Under the pieces are notes generated by a model that worked only from the letters and a program-made list of their open reading frames with translations, made no database searches and was not told where the DNA came from. A stretch of DNA of 64,000 bases from Phyllobates terribilis (taxonomy: Eukaryota): NCBI RefSeq assembly GCF_046119375.1, contig NW_027362763.1:97650001-97714000 (forward strand), in the 5' to 3' direction. This document shows, one piece after another, positions 11,219 through 25,800 of this stretch. The translations under genes were made by a program, and so were the position numbers. Numbering within the stretch: the stretch's first letter is position 1; each line of letters starts with the position of its first letter.

Positions 11219-14200
11219 TTGCCCCCTATATAGAGGAATATAACTACTATAATACTGCTTCTACGTACAGTTATATAATTATTATAATACTGCTCCTATG
11301 CATCAAAATATAACGACTATAATACTGTCCCCATGTACAATAATATAACTACTATAATACTGCTCCCTATGTACAAGAATACAACTACTATAATACTGCT
11401 CCCTATGTACAAGAATATAACTACTATAATACTGATCCTATGTACAAGAATATAACTACTATAACACTGCTCATATGTACAAGAATATAACTACTATAAT
11501 ACTGCCCCTATATAGAGGAATATAACTACTATAATACTGCTCCTATGCATCAAAATATAACTACTATAATACTGCTCCTATGTACAAGAATATAACTACT
11601 ATAATACTGCTCCTATGTACAAGAATATAACTACTGTAATACTGCCCCTATGTACAAGAATATAACTACTATAATACTGCTCCTATGTACAACAATATAA
11701 CTACTATAATACTGCCCCCTATGTACATGAATATAACCACTATAATACTGCTCCTATGTACAAGAATATAACTACTATAATACTGCCCCTATGTACAAGA
11801 ATATAACTACTATAATACTGCCTCCTATGTACAACAATATAAGTACTATAATACTGCTCCTATATACAATATAACTACTATAATACTGTCCCCATGTACA
11901 AAAATATAACTACTATAATACTTTGCCTATGTACAAGAATATAACTACTATAATACTGCTTCCTATGTACAAGAATATAACTACTATAATACTGATCCTA
12001 TGTACAAGAATATAACTACTATAATACTGCTCATATGTACAAGAATATAACTACTATAATACAGCCCCCTATGTACAAGAATATAACTACTATAATACTG
12101 CTCCTATGTACAAGAATATAACTACTATAATACTGCTCCTATGTACAAGAATATAACTACTATAATACTGCTCCTATGTACAAGAATATAACTACTATAA
12201 TACTGCCCCTATGTACAAGAATATAACTACTATAATACTGCCCCCTATGTACAAGAATATAACTACTATAATACTGCCCCTATGTACAAGAATATAACTA
12301 CTATAATACTGCCCCCTATGTACAAGAATATAACTACTATAATACTGCTCCTAAGTACAAGAAAATAACTACTATAATACTGCCCTTATGTACAAGAATA
12401 TAACTACTATAATACTACCCTTATGTACAAGAATATAACTACTATAATACAGCTCCTATGTACAAGAATATAACTAGTATAATACTGCTCCTATGTACAA
12501 GAATATACCTACTACAATACTGCTCCTATGTACAAGAATATAACTACTATAATACTGCCCCCTATGTACAAGAATATAACTACTATAATACTGCCCCTAT
12601 GTACAAGAATATAACTACTATAATACTGCCCCCTATGTACAAGAATATAACTACTATAATACTGCCCCCTATGTACAAGAATATAACTACTATAATACTG
12701 CCCCCTATGTACAAGAATATAACTACTATAATACTGCTCTTATGTACAAGAATATAACTACTATAATACTGCTCCTATGTACAAGAATATAACTACTATA
12801 ATACTGCTCCTATGTACAAGAATATAACTACTATAATACTGCTCCTATGTACAAGAATATAACTACTATAATACTGCCCCTATGTACAAGAATATAACTA
12901 CTATAATACTGCCCCCTATGTACAAGAATATAACTACTATAATACTGCCCCTATGTACAAGAATATAGCTACTATAATACTGCCCCCTATGTACAAGAAT
13001 ATAACTACTATAATACTGCTCCTAAGTACAAGAAAATAACTACTATAATACTGCCCTTATGTACAAGAATATAACTACTATAATACTGCCCTTATGTACA
13101 AGAATATAACTACTATAATACAGCTCCTATGTACAAGAATATAACTATAATACTGCTCCTATGTACAAGAATATACCTACTATAATACTGCTCCTATGTA
13201 CAAGAATATAACTACTATAATACTGCCCCCTATGTACAAGAATATAACTACTATAATACTGCCCCTATGTACAAGAATATAACTACTATAATACTGCCCC
13301 CTATGTACAAGAATATAACTACTATAATACTGCCCCTATGTACAAGAATATAACTACTATAATACTGCTCCTAAGTACAAGAAAATAACTACTATAATAC
13401 TGCCCTTATGTACAAGAATATAACTACTATAATACTGCCCTTATGTACAAGAATATAACTACTATAATACAGCTCCTATGTACAAGAATATAACTACTAT
13501 AATACTGCTCCTATGTACAAGAATATACCTACTATAATACTGCTCCTATGTACAAGAATATAACTACTATAATACTGCCCCCTATGTACAAGAATATAAC
13601 TACTATAATACTGCCCCTATGTACAAGAATATAACTACTATAATACTGCCCCTATGTACAAGAATATAACTACTATAATACTGCCCCCTATGTACAAGAA
13701 TATAACTACTATAATACTGCCCCCTATGTACAAGAATATAACTACTATAATACTGCTCTTATGTACAAGAATATAACTACTATAATACTGCTCCTATGTA
13801 CAAGAATATAACTACTATAATACTGCCCCCTATGTACAAGAATATAACTACTATAATACTGCCCCTATGTACAAGAATATAACTACAATAATACTGCCCC
13901 CTATGTACAAGAATATAACTACTATAATACTGCTCCTAAGTACAAGAAAATAACTACTATAATACTGCCCTTATGTACAAGAATATAACTACTATAATAC
14001 TGCCCTTATGTACAAGAATATAACTACTATAATACAGCTCCTATGTACAAGAATATAACTACTATAATACTGCTCCTATGTACAAGAATATACCTACTAT
14101 AATACTGCTCCTATGTACAAGAATATAACTACTATAATACTGCCCCCTATGTACAAGAATATAACTACTATAATACTGCCCCCTATGTACAAGAATATAA

Positions 14201-16446
14201 CTACTATAATACTGCCCCCTATGTACAAGAATATAACTACTATAATACTGCCCCCTATTTACAAGAATATAACTACTATAATACTGCTCCTAAGTACAGG
14301 AAAATAACTACTATAATACTGCTCCTATGTACAAGAATATAACTACTGTAATACTGCCCCTATGTACAAGAATATAACTACTATAATACTGCTCCTATGT
14401 ACAACAATATAACTACTATAATACTGCCCCCTATGTACATGAATATAACTACTATAATACTGCTCCCTATGTACAAGAATATAACTACTATAATACTGCT
14501 CCTATATACAAGAATATAACTACTATAATACTGGTCCTATGTACAAGAAAATAACTACTATAATACTGCCCCCTATGTACAAGAATATAACTACTATAAT
14601 ACTGCCCCCTATGTACAAGAATATAACTACTATAATACTGCTCCCCATGTACAAGAATATAACTACTATAATACTGCTCCTATGTACAAGAGTATAACTA
14701 CTATAATACTGCTCCTATGTACAAGAATATAACTACTGTAATACTGCCCCTATGTACAAGAATATAACTACTATAATACTGCTCCTATGTACAACAATAT
14801 AACTACTATAATACTGCCCCCTATGTACATGAATATAACTACTATAATACTGCTCCTATGTACAAGAATATAACTACTATAATACTGCCCCTATGTACAA
14901 GAATATAACTACTATAATACTGCTCCCTATGTACAAGAATATAACTACTATAATACTGATCCTATGTACAAGAATATAACTACTATAATACTGATCCTAT
15001 GTACAAGAATATATCTACTATAATACTACTCCCATGTACAAGAATATCACTACAATAACACTGCCCCCTATATAGAGGAATATAACTACAATAATATCGC
15101 TTCTATGTACAGGAATATAGTTACTATAATACTGCTCCTATGCATCAAAATATAACGACTATAATACTGTCCCCATGTACAAAAATATAACTACTATAAT
15201 ACTGCTCCCTACGTACAAGAATATAACTACTATAATACTTTGCCTATGTACAAGAATATAACTACTATAATACTGCTTCCTATGTACAAGAATATAACTA
15301 CTATAATACTGATCCTATGTACAAGAATATAACTACTATAATACTGCTCATATGTACAAGAATATAACTACTATAATACAGCCCCCTATGTACAAGAATA
15401 TAACTACTATAATACTGCTCCTATGTACAAGAATATAACTACTATAATACTGCTCCTATGTACAAGAATATAACTACTATAATACTGCTCCTATGTACAA
15501 GAATATAACTACTATAATACTGCCCCCTATGTACAAGAATATAACTACTATAATACTGCCCCTATGTACAAGAATATAACTACTATAATACTGCCCCCTA
15601 TGTACAAGAATATAACTACTATAATACTGCTCCTAAGTACAAGAAAATAACTACTATAATACTGCCCTTATGTACAAGAATATAACTACTATAATACAGC
15701 TCCTATGTACAAGAATATAACTACTATAATACTGCTCCTATGTACAAGAATATAACTACTATAATACTGCTCCTATGTACAAGAATATAACTACTATAAT
15801 ACTGCCCCTATGTACAAGAATATAACTACTATAATACTGCCCCCTATGTACAAGAATATAACTACTATAATACTGCCCCTATGTACAAGAATATAACTAC
15901 TATAATACTGCCCCCTATGTACAAGAATATAACTACTATAATACTGCTCCTAAGTACAAGAAAATAACTACTATAATACTGCCCTTATGTACAAGAATAT
16001 AACTACTATAATACAGCTCCTATGTACAAGAATATAACTACTATAATACTGCTCCTATGTACAAGAATATACCTACTATAATACTGCTCCTATGTACAAG
16101 AATATAACTACTATAATACTGCCCCCTATGTACAAGAATATAACTACTATAATACTGCCCCTATGTACAAGAATATAACTACTATAATACTGCCCCCTAT
16201 GTACAAGAATATAACTACTATAATACTGCCCCCTATGTACAAGAATATAACTACTATAATACTGCTCCTAAGTACAAGAAAATAACTACTACAATACTGC
16301 CCTTATGTACAAGAATATAACTACTATAATACAGCTCCTATGTACAAGAATATAACTACTATAATACTGCTCCTATGTACAAGAATATACCTACTATAAT
16401 ACTGCTCCTATGTACAAGAATATAACTACTATAATACTGCCTCCTA
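11219..16446. repeat. 35/36-bp satellite, inter-element block
   Basis: Same monomer and variant set as 1-4854. Confidence 0.98.
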
Positions 16447-16477
16447 GCTGTGAGGACGTGTCTGAGTAGCTCTCCTG

Positions 16478-19189
16478 ATGTCTGGAGCAAGCCCGGGGAG
16501 GGGCCACCCTGGGCGGGGAAGCCCCCCAAGCAAGGCCCAGGCTTCCCGGCCTACACTGGGAGACAACTTCCAGGCTTCTTCTAATGGGAATACAAATCCC
16601 AGAGTCATCGTTAAGCAATGCAAAGCAACAAGAAAAAGCTCCACTGTTTCCAAGAAGGAAGAAAGCAAAGTGAATGTGAGTAAAGTTATGGAAGGAACAG
16701 CAGCTGCAGTTACAGCAAAGAAACCTGAAGTGAAACTGTCAGTAAGTAAAGAAATGCAGCAAAGTCCAAAAACAAGTAATTCCCCAAAGGAATCTTCTGT
16801 CAGTAAACAGAGGCAGCCTGGTGCAGAGAAGGTGAGGCAGCTCCCATCACCGGCCTCAGGTGTGCAGCTCACTCCTCCACACAGGCAGAGACGGACATCT
16901 CTGGAGAGGCAGACATTGCAAGAAAACCTGCAGCAGCAAGACACGGTGACCGGCATGGCGCGCTCAGGTCGCACAAGGGCACAGGCGAGTGGCAGCAGTA
17001 AGAGTGCTGTGGAGCCCGGAGCCAGCAGTGGTACCATAAAGTCATCTGTGGTAAAACCAAAGGAGACCTCTGTGTTCAAAAACCCAGAGCCATTGTCCAA
17101 GCCTCAGAAGGAGACGGCGCGTGCACCCGAGCTGCAGCTGGCAGAGGAGATACCTGGCCTGGTAAAGAAGATGGGTGAGTTACAGCAGCAAAGACAAATG
17201 CTGCAAATGGAGATTGATGTTATCTATAAACTGAAGGCTGCTAATCCTGACAGTAATGCTATGTGTGACCAGAGACTTTACTCACTGGGTGTGGAGCTGG
17301 CGAATGTGGTCAGGGACATAGACTGTATCCTGGAGAGGATGGGGCCCCTGGCAGAGACCTACAGAAACCGGGAGCAGTTCACCTCTCACAAGCAGGACTT
17401 TGTTGTGGAGTCCAGGACCTCTGATGCTGGATTAGGGTCAGAGACTGTACAGGATGAACCCCTGAAGCAGCAGACACGACCTGTGTTACAAGCTGCACGT
17501 TTCTGTTTCCAGGAGGGACAAATACTGCAGCAGCAGCAGACTGTAGCTGAGCCTGAGCAGCAACATGTACCTCAGAATCCAGTAGAGGCACCACAAGTCC
17601 CAGAATGCTCAACACAAGAGCAGGACATTGCATGTATGACTGTGTGTATTGATGGTGCACAGCACAGCCCTAATGCTGATGCACAGGCTGGGGATGACCC
17701 CACTGTACCCAGGGGCTCTGAGGCTGGAGGGGGCTCGCAGTCTGTGGTGGATGTCACATTGCCTCATAAAGATATTGTGGTTGATAATAATGTGTGTGAT
17801 TTTCCCCCTTTGATACCTAATGCACAAGAGGTGACAGGTCCCCCTGCAGCGGACCCTCCCCCTGTTAGTCAGCCCAGTGTGACCCCACAGGTTCCCCACA
17901 GTAATGCCTGGAGCCGTGGTGCTCCGTCCTTCACCTCTGGCACCAACTATACCGGCCAGGCCTTCAAAAGAAGGAACGTGGTGCGATTTAAGCATAGAGG
18001 TCTCAAGGAGGATCTGCCGGACAGGAGGTTTGTGGTCAGGGAGCTACTGTGCCGTCAGATGGGGTTTGCGCCATTAAATATCTTTGCAGTAATTAATCTT
18101 CCAGACAGACAGGGATATGATGTCAGTTTTAAAATCATGCCTGATCTGGACAGATTCTGGGCTAATTTCCCTAAGTTCAGGGACACGGATGGATGGAACA
18201 AATTTATCTTTGTTCCCATTTCCAGGCCAGATACAGTCACTGTAAATATCATCTTCTGGAATGAGGCTGTTCCCCCGCAGGACATTGTGGTGTGGCTCCG
18301 GAGGCATTGTGACCTCGTCTCTGACCTCACCAAGAATCGTGACGTTGATGGTATCTGGACGGGAGGGTGGAAGGTCCTGGTGAAGCTGCGCCAGTGTAAC
18401 AATGTCACTGCCCACTTACCCAACTCCTTCTTCATTGGGCGGGAGAAAGGTGTTTGCTTCTATCCTGGGCAGCCTCGTAAGTGTTTTAAATGTGGCAAAG
18501 CGGGTCACCTGGCAAATTCCTGTACTGTGGTCAAGTGCAGTCTGTGCGGGGAAGTCGGCCATGTAGCTGCAGACTGCCAGAATATAAGGTGTAACCTGTG
18601 TGGGAAGATCGGCCACCCTCACAAGGACAGTCCCGATGCTTGGCATAACATCTGCAGGGACTTTCCTGATGAGGATTTGGTGGTAGGAGCAGAGGCTCAG
18701 GAGGAGGAGGCCTTAATGTCAGGGGAGATACTCACTAGATCAGAGGTCCACCAAGGGTCAGACCATGTAACACCAGAGCAGCAGTGTGAAGAGGGTGCAC
18801 AGGGGAGCATGGAGGTTGTCCTTCAAGGCCAGCCGCCCCAAGAGGCCTGCACATCTGTATCACCATCTCTACCTGATAATAGTAACAGCAAGCAGACCAA
18901 AAGGAGGAAAAAAGACACGTCCTCCCGTAAACCCGAGGAACAATATGATGCTGACCATAAAGCCAAGAAAAAAGTCAGCAGTGGTGTTGGTGTGATGGTC
19001 GTATCTAACAGATATGAAGTTCTATCTGAGTCAGATGGAGATTTTGATCAGGAATTGAAAAGAATAGAGGCCGAGTGTGAGAGGGAAACAGAGGACCCTC
19101 CGCCTACAAAGCGGAAACCCTTACCTATAGACTCTAATGTAGCGTCAGACATGGAGACCAGTAGTGGACAGAACACCTCTGAGTTATGA
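16478..19189 (+). CDS. ORF1p copy 2 (903 aa)
   Basis: Identical to copy 1 except K>E, I>T and L>V. Confidence 0.9.
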   Translation: MSGASPGRGHPGRGSPPSKAQASRPTLGDNFQASSNGNTNPRVIVKQCKATRKSSTVSKKEESKVNVSKVMEGTAAAVTAKKPEVKLSVSKEMQQSPKTSNSPKESSVSKQRQPGAEKVRQLPSPASGVQLTPPHRQRRTSLERQTLQENLQQQDTVTGMARSGRTRAQASGSSKSAVEPGASSGTIKSSVVKPKETSVFKNPEPLSKPQKETARAPELQLAEEIPGLVKKMGELQQQRQMLQMEIDVIYKLKAANPDSNAMCDQRLYSLGVELANVVRDIDCILERMGPLAETYRNREQFTSHKQDFVVESRTSDAGLGSETVQDEPLKQQTRPVLQAARFCFQEGQILQQQQTVAEPEQQHVPQNPVEAPQVPECSTQEQDIACMTVCIDGAQHSPNADAQAGDDPTVPRGSEAGGGSQSVVDVTLPHKDIVVDNNVCDFPPLIPNAQEVTGPPAADPPPVSQPSVTPQVPHSNAWSRGAPSFTSGTNYTGQAFKRRNVVRFKHRGLKEDLPDRRFVVRELLCRQMGFAPLNIFAVINLPDRQGYDVSFKIMPDLDRFWANFPKFRDTDGWNKFIFVPISRPDTVTVNIIFWNEAVPPQDIVVWLRRHCDLVSDLTKNRDVDGIWTGGWKVLVKLRQCNNVTAHLPNSFFIGREKGVCFYPGQPRKCFKCGKAGHLANSCTVVKCSLCGEVGHVAADCQNIRCNLCGKIGHPHKDSPDAWHNICRDFPDEDLVVGAEAQEEEALMSGEILTRSEVHQGSDHVTPEQQCEEGAQGSMEVVLQGQPPQEACTSVSPSLPDNSNSKQTKRRKKDTSSRKPEEQYDADHKAKKKVSSGVGVMVVSNRYEVLSESDGDFDQELKRIEAECERETEDPPPTKRKPLPIDSNVASDMETSSGQNTSEL

Positions 19190-22100
19190 TGACGGGTTCT
19201 ACTTCTCTGCTCCTCTTATACTGTGTTCTTATGGCCGGATTTTCCCTAAAATTTACATCAAGTAATGTGAACAGCATTAAGGTGAGGAGGACGAGACATG
19301 CGGTGTATGACCATCTGAGATACCTTGATGCAGATGTCTTTTTCCTACAGGAAACAAGATTGACATCTCTGGGGCTTATGAGAGAGGCTGAGAGGGAATG
19401 GAGATCTGGTCCGTCATTCTGGTCACTGGCTGTGGAGCCTTATGCCGGGGTCGCTATCCTGTTTAACACCAATAATGTGACTTTACATAGAATGACGGAG
19501 GTGGTTATGGGAAGGTGTCTGGTCCTGGAAGCCACTGTTCAGGGTAGACGGCTCCGGCTTATTAACATCTATGGGCCTCAGACAGTGACTGACAGGATCC
19601 AGCTGTTCAATAATGTGAAGCCATATCTCTTCACCTCTCTCCCGGTGGTGATGGCGGGTGACTTTAATGCCATAATGACATCTGGTGACAGTATCTCAGG
19701 CAGGACAGTGACCAGGGATGGCAAAGTCTTAAAAAGCATAATTTTGCAGACCGGACTGACTGACGCTTTTACGCAAAGAGGTCGGACGCCAAAATTTACT
19801 TACTCATGTTCCAACAGAAGTAGTAGGATAGATTTGGCTTTTGTGAGTCCTACTGAAGTTGTCAGTGCCATCAGTGAGAAAACCGTTCCTTTCTCTGATC
19901 ACCTTGCCTTGTGTTTCTGCCTGGGGGCCACTAACCGTCCTGACATCGGTAGAGGGTTGTGGAAGCTAAACTCCAGCCTCCTGGATGACATGCATGTTCG
20001 GAGTTGTGTCCACTTCCTTTTTCAGGGTCATTTACAGAGGGTAGATTTCTATGACAACATGGCCGACTGGTGGGAGGACGTCAAGGATGATATCAGATCC
20101 CTCTTGAAGAGACTGTCAGTTAATAAAGGGAGGAACAAGTACAGCCAGTACCTAAGACTGCGTAAGGAATTGGAGTAACTCTATTCGGCGGGCGGGGATG
20201 ACAAAGAGAGGATTGACCGGCTGAAATCTGAGATAAGGCAGTATCAGTACAGCAGGTATACCTCCCTGGTTCTTGAGCGGGATTATGGGACCTTGGGGGC
20301 ACCTGATCCCTTTGAGAATTGCCGGGAGCGGGTGGCTAATAAAATGGTCACAGGTCTCACCAACTCCCAGGGTGTATTGCAGGAATCTCGGGAGGGTATC
20401 CTGGGGGTCGTGAGATCTTATTATACTGACTTGTTTCAGAGGAAAGTTTTGGATAAAGACAAGATGGCTCAATTCTTGGAGGCAACTCCAATGCCTGACA
20501 CTAACGATCTGGACTTTTCTCCTTTGACAGCAGAATTAACGGTGCAGGAAGTTAAGGAGGCCATTAATAAGTTACATCTGAAGAAGGCACCAGGTCCAGA
20601 TGGTTTAACAGCAGAATTCTGTAAGAAATTCAGAGACCTCCTGGCTCCAATTCTTGTGGATGTTTACAAAAATTGTCTAGAAAATCACCTGATGCCTCCA
20701 TCCATGAGAGTGTCTTCGTTAATTCTCCTGTCTAAAGGTAAAGAGCCAAGCGACATCAAGAACTGGAGGCCGATTGCCCTCTTGAATGTAGACAGGAAGA
20801 TTCTGGCAAAGATCCTGTTTTCTAGGTTAGTTTGTTTGTCCCCGGCATTGTTGGCAGGCTCTCAGTTTGGCACAGTAAAAGGGCGGAATATCTCTGGAGC
20901 AGTCATCTCGATACGGGAGATGTTTGAGAGATGTAAAGTTCTGCGGTGTGGGAGATATGTTGTCAGTCTGGACCAGGCTAAAGCCTTTGACAGGGTTGAT
21001 CACGATTATCTGTGGGCCACTTTGTCAAAGTACGGTGTTCCGGGACAATTCGTGGATTGGCTGAAGACTTTGTATAGAGAGGCGGTGAGCTTTCCTCTGA
21101 TTAATGGTTGGCAGGGTGATACTTTTGGAGTTGAGGCAGGGGTGAGACAGGGCTGCCCGCTCAGTCCGCTCCTGTATGTTTTTGCCATAGACCCGTTTTT
21201 GAGGTCACTACAGGAGTGTGACTTTCAGGGGGTGCCGGTCCCCCACTGCTTGCCTCTGACTGTTGTCGCCTACGCGGATGATGTGACGTTGGTGATATCT
21301 GATCCTCATGAGGTGCTGATGTTATCGGCGGCAATCAGAAGCTACTCGGAGGCCTCTGGGTCTCTGGTCAATCTTGAAAAGAGTCAAGCTCTGTGGACAT
21401 TGGATTCTGAACCAGGCTTTGATCTGCCACAGTTTGCCAAAGCCTCCACCCATATTAAGATCCTAGGGGTTAAATTTGGGAGGGATGATAATGGCAAGCT
21501 AAATTGGGAAGAGAAATTGGAAACCGGAAATGCAAAGGTTCAGCGATGGAAGAACTGGAGGCTGACCTACAGAGAAAGGGTCGCTATGTTGAAGACTTAC
21601 TTGGTTCCCGTCTTCTTGTACGTCTCTGTTATTTTTCCTTTGCCAGAATCTTTCTCGGCGAGCCTCCTCAGCCTGTTCTTCCAACTCTTGTGGGGGAATA
21701 GGTTGAACCCAGTAAAAAGAGGGATTACTTACCTGCAGCGGAGAGAGGGTGGGCTGGATATGCTAAATCCGAGGGTCTTCTTTGACTCCATGTTTATGAA
21801 AGTTAATTTTGGTAACCTGGATTCAAGTGCCCTGTGGGTAAATAGTATCAGGGATTGGATATTGCCTTTTGCAGAGTCTTGGGTGCGAGGCGGCAGTCTC
21901 AAGAGGAGGAGATGGACAGGTGACCACCTCCCCCAGTATCTGGAATATGGTCTCAGGTGTCTGAAGAAGTGGGGAGCAGAGAAGTATGAAATTGAGAATA
22001 AGACCAGGAAGGACCTGTATGTCAGGATATGCCGGACTTTCTTTTGTGTGCAGCCTGCACTGAGAGACTGCACAACTACCACCTTGCTGGAAAGTCTGAG

Positions 22101-22593
22101 GTTTCTCAATGCAGTGAGACTCCCAGCTAAGTTTTTTGACATCGCCTGGCTGTCGCTACATGGAAGACTATATGTTCGGGGTAACCTTAAGTACCTTAGT
22201 GTGTCAGATCGAATGTGTCCCCTGGGCTGTCAGCAAGAAGAGACAATGGCACATTTTATAACGGAGTGCTGGGGCGGGAGGAAAATATGTGAGGAAATAT
22301 CTTGTAAGTTAAAAGTCCCAAGACTGCTGACCCTAAAATACCCAGATATCATCTATGGTGTCCCATCTACTGTAAGTAACATTGACCGGGGGACCATGTA
22401 TCTGATAATAACAGTCATAAAATACTATCACTGGCATACGAGAACCCGCGTCTCCATCAGCAGTGAACCCTTCCATCACACCGCAGCCGTGAGCCTGATC
22501 CTGTCTGAATTGAGGTGTATAAAATGTCTAGAGATCAGGAAAAATGGTAAAAACAAAACATTATGGAGGAATGTACACATGGATTATTGTTGA
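19186..22593 (+). pseudogene. ORF2p copy 2, same in-frame TAA at 20176-20178
   Basis: Same EN/RT/CCHC motifs; differs from copy 1 by R>S and W>C. Confidence 0.92.
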
Positions 22594-22811
22594 TATACAA
22601 TAACAAATCAAATTTTTGTTGGTTAATCGTTTCATTTTTTTTTTCCTCTCGCCCTATTTCGAGAGCAATGGACTTGAGCTAATTCTACTGTAATATTTTT
22701 ATGTTATTAGATTTTTATTGTTTTTGTTTCTGTTGAATGATTATGGTTTTGCTTTTGTTTTTTGATCGGATTGTATTGTAATATGTACTGTTTGTTTTTT
22801 ACTAATAAAAA

Positions 22812-25800
22812 TTGCCCCCTATATAGAGGAATATAACTACTATAATACTGCTTCTACGTACAGTTATATAATTATTATAATACTGCTCCTATGCATCAAA
22901 ATATAACGACTATAATACTGTCCCCATGTACAATAATATAACTACTATAATACTGCTCCCTATGTACAAGAATACAACTACTATAATACTGCTCCCTATG
23001 TACAAGAATATAACTACTATAATACTGATCCTATGTACAAGAATATAACTACTATAACACTGCTCATATGTACAAGAATATAACTACTATAATACTGCCC
23101 CTATATAGAGGAATATAACTACTATAATACTGCTCCTATGCATCAAAATATAACTACTATAATACTGCTCCTATGTACAAGAATATAACTACTATAATAC
23201 TGCTCCTATGTACAAGAATATAACTACTGTAATACTGCCCCTATGTACAAGAATATAACTACTATAATACTGCTCCTATGTACAACAATATAACTACTAT
23301 AATACTGCCCCCTATGTACATGAATATAACCACTATAATACTGCTCCTATGTACAAGAATATAACTACTATAATACTGCCCCTATGTACAAGAATATAAC
23401 TACTATAATACTGCCTCCTATGTACAAGAATATAAGTACTATAATACTGCTCCTATATACAATATAACTACTATAATACTGTCCCCATGTACAAAAATAT
23501 AACTACTATAATACTTTGCCTATGTACAAGAATATAACTACTATAATACTGCTTCCTATGTACAAGAATATAACTACTATAATACTGATCCTATGTACAA
23601 GAATATAACTACTATAATACTGCTCATATGTACAAGAATATAACTACTATAATACAGCCCCCTATGTACAAGAATATAACTACTATAATACTGCTCCTAT
23701 GTACAAGAATATAACTACTATAATACTGCTCCTATGTACAAGAATATAACTACTATAATACTGCTCCTATGTACAAGAATATAACTACTATAATACTGCC
23801 CCTATGTACAAGAATATAACTACTATAATACTGCCCCCTATGTACAAGAATATAACTACTATAATACTGCCCCTATGTACAAGAATATAACTACTATAAT
23901 ACTGCCCCCTATGTACAAGAATATAACTACTATAATACTGCTCCTAAGTACAAGAAAATAACTACTATAATACTGCCCTTATGTACAAGAATATAACTAC
24001 TATAATACTGCCCTTATGTACAAGAATATAACTACTATAATACAGCTCCTATGTACAAGAATATAACTAGTATAATACTACTCCTATGTACAAGAATATA
24101 CCTACTACAATACTGCTCCTATGTACAAGAATATAACTACTATAATACTGCCCCCTATGTACAAGAATATAACTACTATAATACTGCCCCTATGTACAAG
24201 AATATAACTACTATAATACTGCCCCCTATGTACAAGAATATAACTACTATAATACTGCCCCCTATGTACAAGAATATAACTACTATAATACTGCCCCCTA
24301 TGTACAAGAATATAACTACTATAATACTGCTCTTATGTACAAGAATATAACTACTATAATACTGCTCCTATGTACAAGAATATAACTACTATAATACTGC
24401 TCCTATGTACAAGAATATAACTACTATAATACTGCTCCTATGTACAAGAATATAACTACTATAATACTGCCCCTATGTACAAGAATATAACTACTATAAT
24501 ACTGCCCCCTATGTACAAGAATATAACTACTATAATACTGCCCCTATGTACAAGAATATAGCTACTATAATACTGCCCCCTATGTACAAGAATATAACTA
24601 CTATAATACTGCTCCTAAGTACAAGAAAATAACTACTATAATACTGCCCTTATGTACAAGAATATAACTACTATAATACTGCCCTTATGTACAAGAATAT
24701 AACTACTATAATACAGCTCCTATGTACAAGAATATAACTATAATACTGCTCCTATGTACAAGAATATACCTACTATAATACTGCTCCTATGTACAAGAAT
24801 ATAACTACTATAATACTGCCCCCTATGTACAAGAATATAACTACTATAATACTGCCCCCTATGTACAAGAATATAACTACTATAATACTGCCCCTATGTA
24901 CAAGAATATAACTACTATAATACTGCTCCTAAGTACAAGAAAATAACTACTATAATACTGCCCTTATGTACAAGAATATAACTACTATAATACTGCCCTT
25001 ATGTACAAGAATATAACTACTATAATACAGCTCCTATGTACAAGAATATAACTACTATAATACTGCTCCTATGTACAAGAATATACCTACTATAATACTG
25101 CTCCTATGTACAAGAATATAACTACTATAATACTGCCCCCTATGTACAAGAATATAACTACTATAATACTGCCCCTATGTACAAGAATATAACTACTATA
25201 ATACTGCCCCTATGTACAAGAATATAACTACTATAATACTGCCCCCTATGTACAAGAATATAACTACTATAATACTGCCCCCTATGTACAAGAATATAAC
25301 TACTATAATACTGCTCTTATGTACAAGAATATAACTACTATAATACTGCTCCTATGTACAAGAATATAACTACTATAATACTGCCCCCTATGTACAAGAA
25401 TATAACTACTATAATACTGCCCCTATGTACAAGAATATAACTACTATAATACTGCCCCCTATGTACAAGAATATAACTACTATAATACTGCTCCTAAGTA
25501 CAAGAAAATAACTACTATAATACTGCCCTTATGTACAAGAATATAACTACTATAATACTGCCCTTATGTACAAGAATATAACTACTATAATACAGCTCCT
25601 ATGTACAAGAATATAACTACTATAATACTGCTCCTATGTACAAGAATATACCTACTATAATACTGCTCCTATGTACAAGAATATAACTACTATAATACTG
25701 CCCCCTATGTACAAGAATATAACTACTATAATACTGCCCCCTATGTACAAGAATATAACTACTATAATACTGCCCCCTATGTACAAGAATATAACTACTA

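Larger units (their letters stand above)
16447..22811 (+). mobile_element. Full-length Tx1/L1-clade non-LTR retrotransposon, copy 2
   Basis: Offset 11592 bp from copy 1, identical junctions, only about 8 differences seen by eye over 6.36 kb. Confidence 0.93.

Noticed and set aside
12458-14307. ORFs encoding (MYKNITTIILPP)n, also at 24051-25865
   Set aside because: Artefact of runs of 36-bp monomers; the frame breaks whenever a 35-bp monomer occurs.
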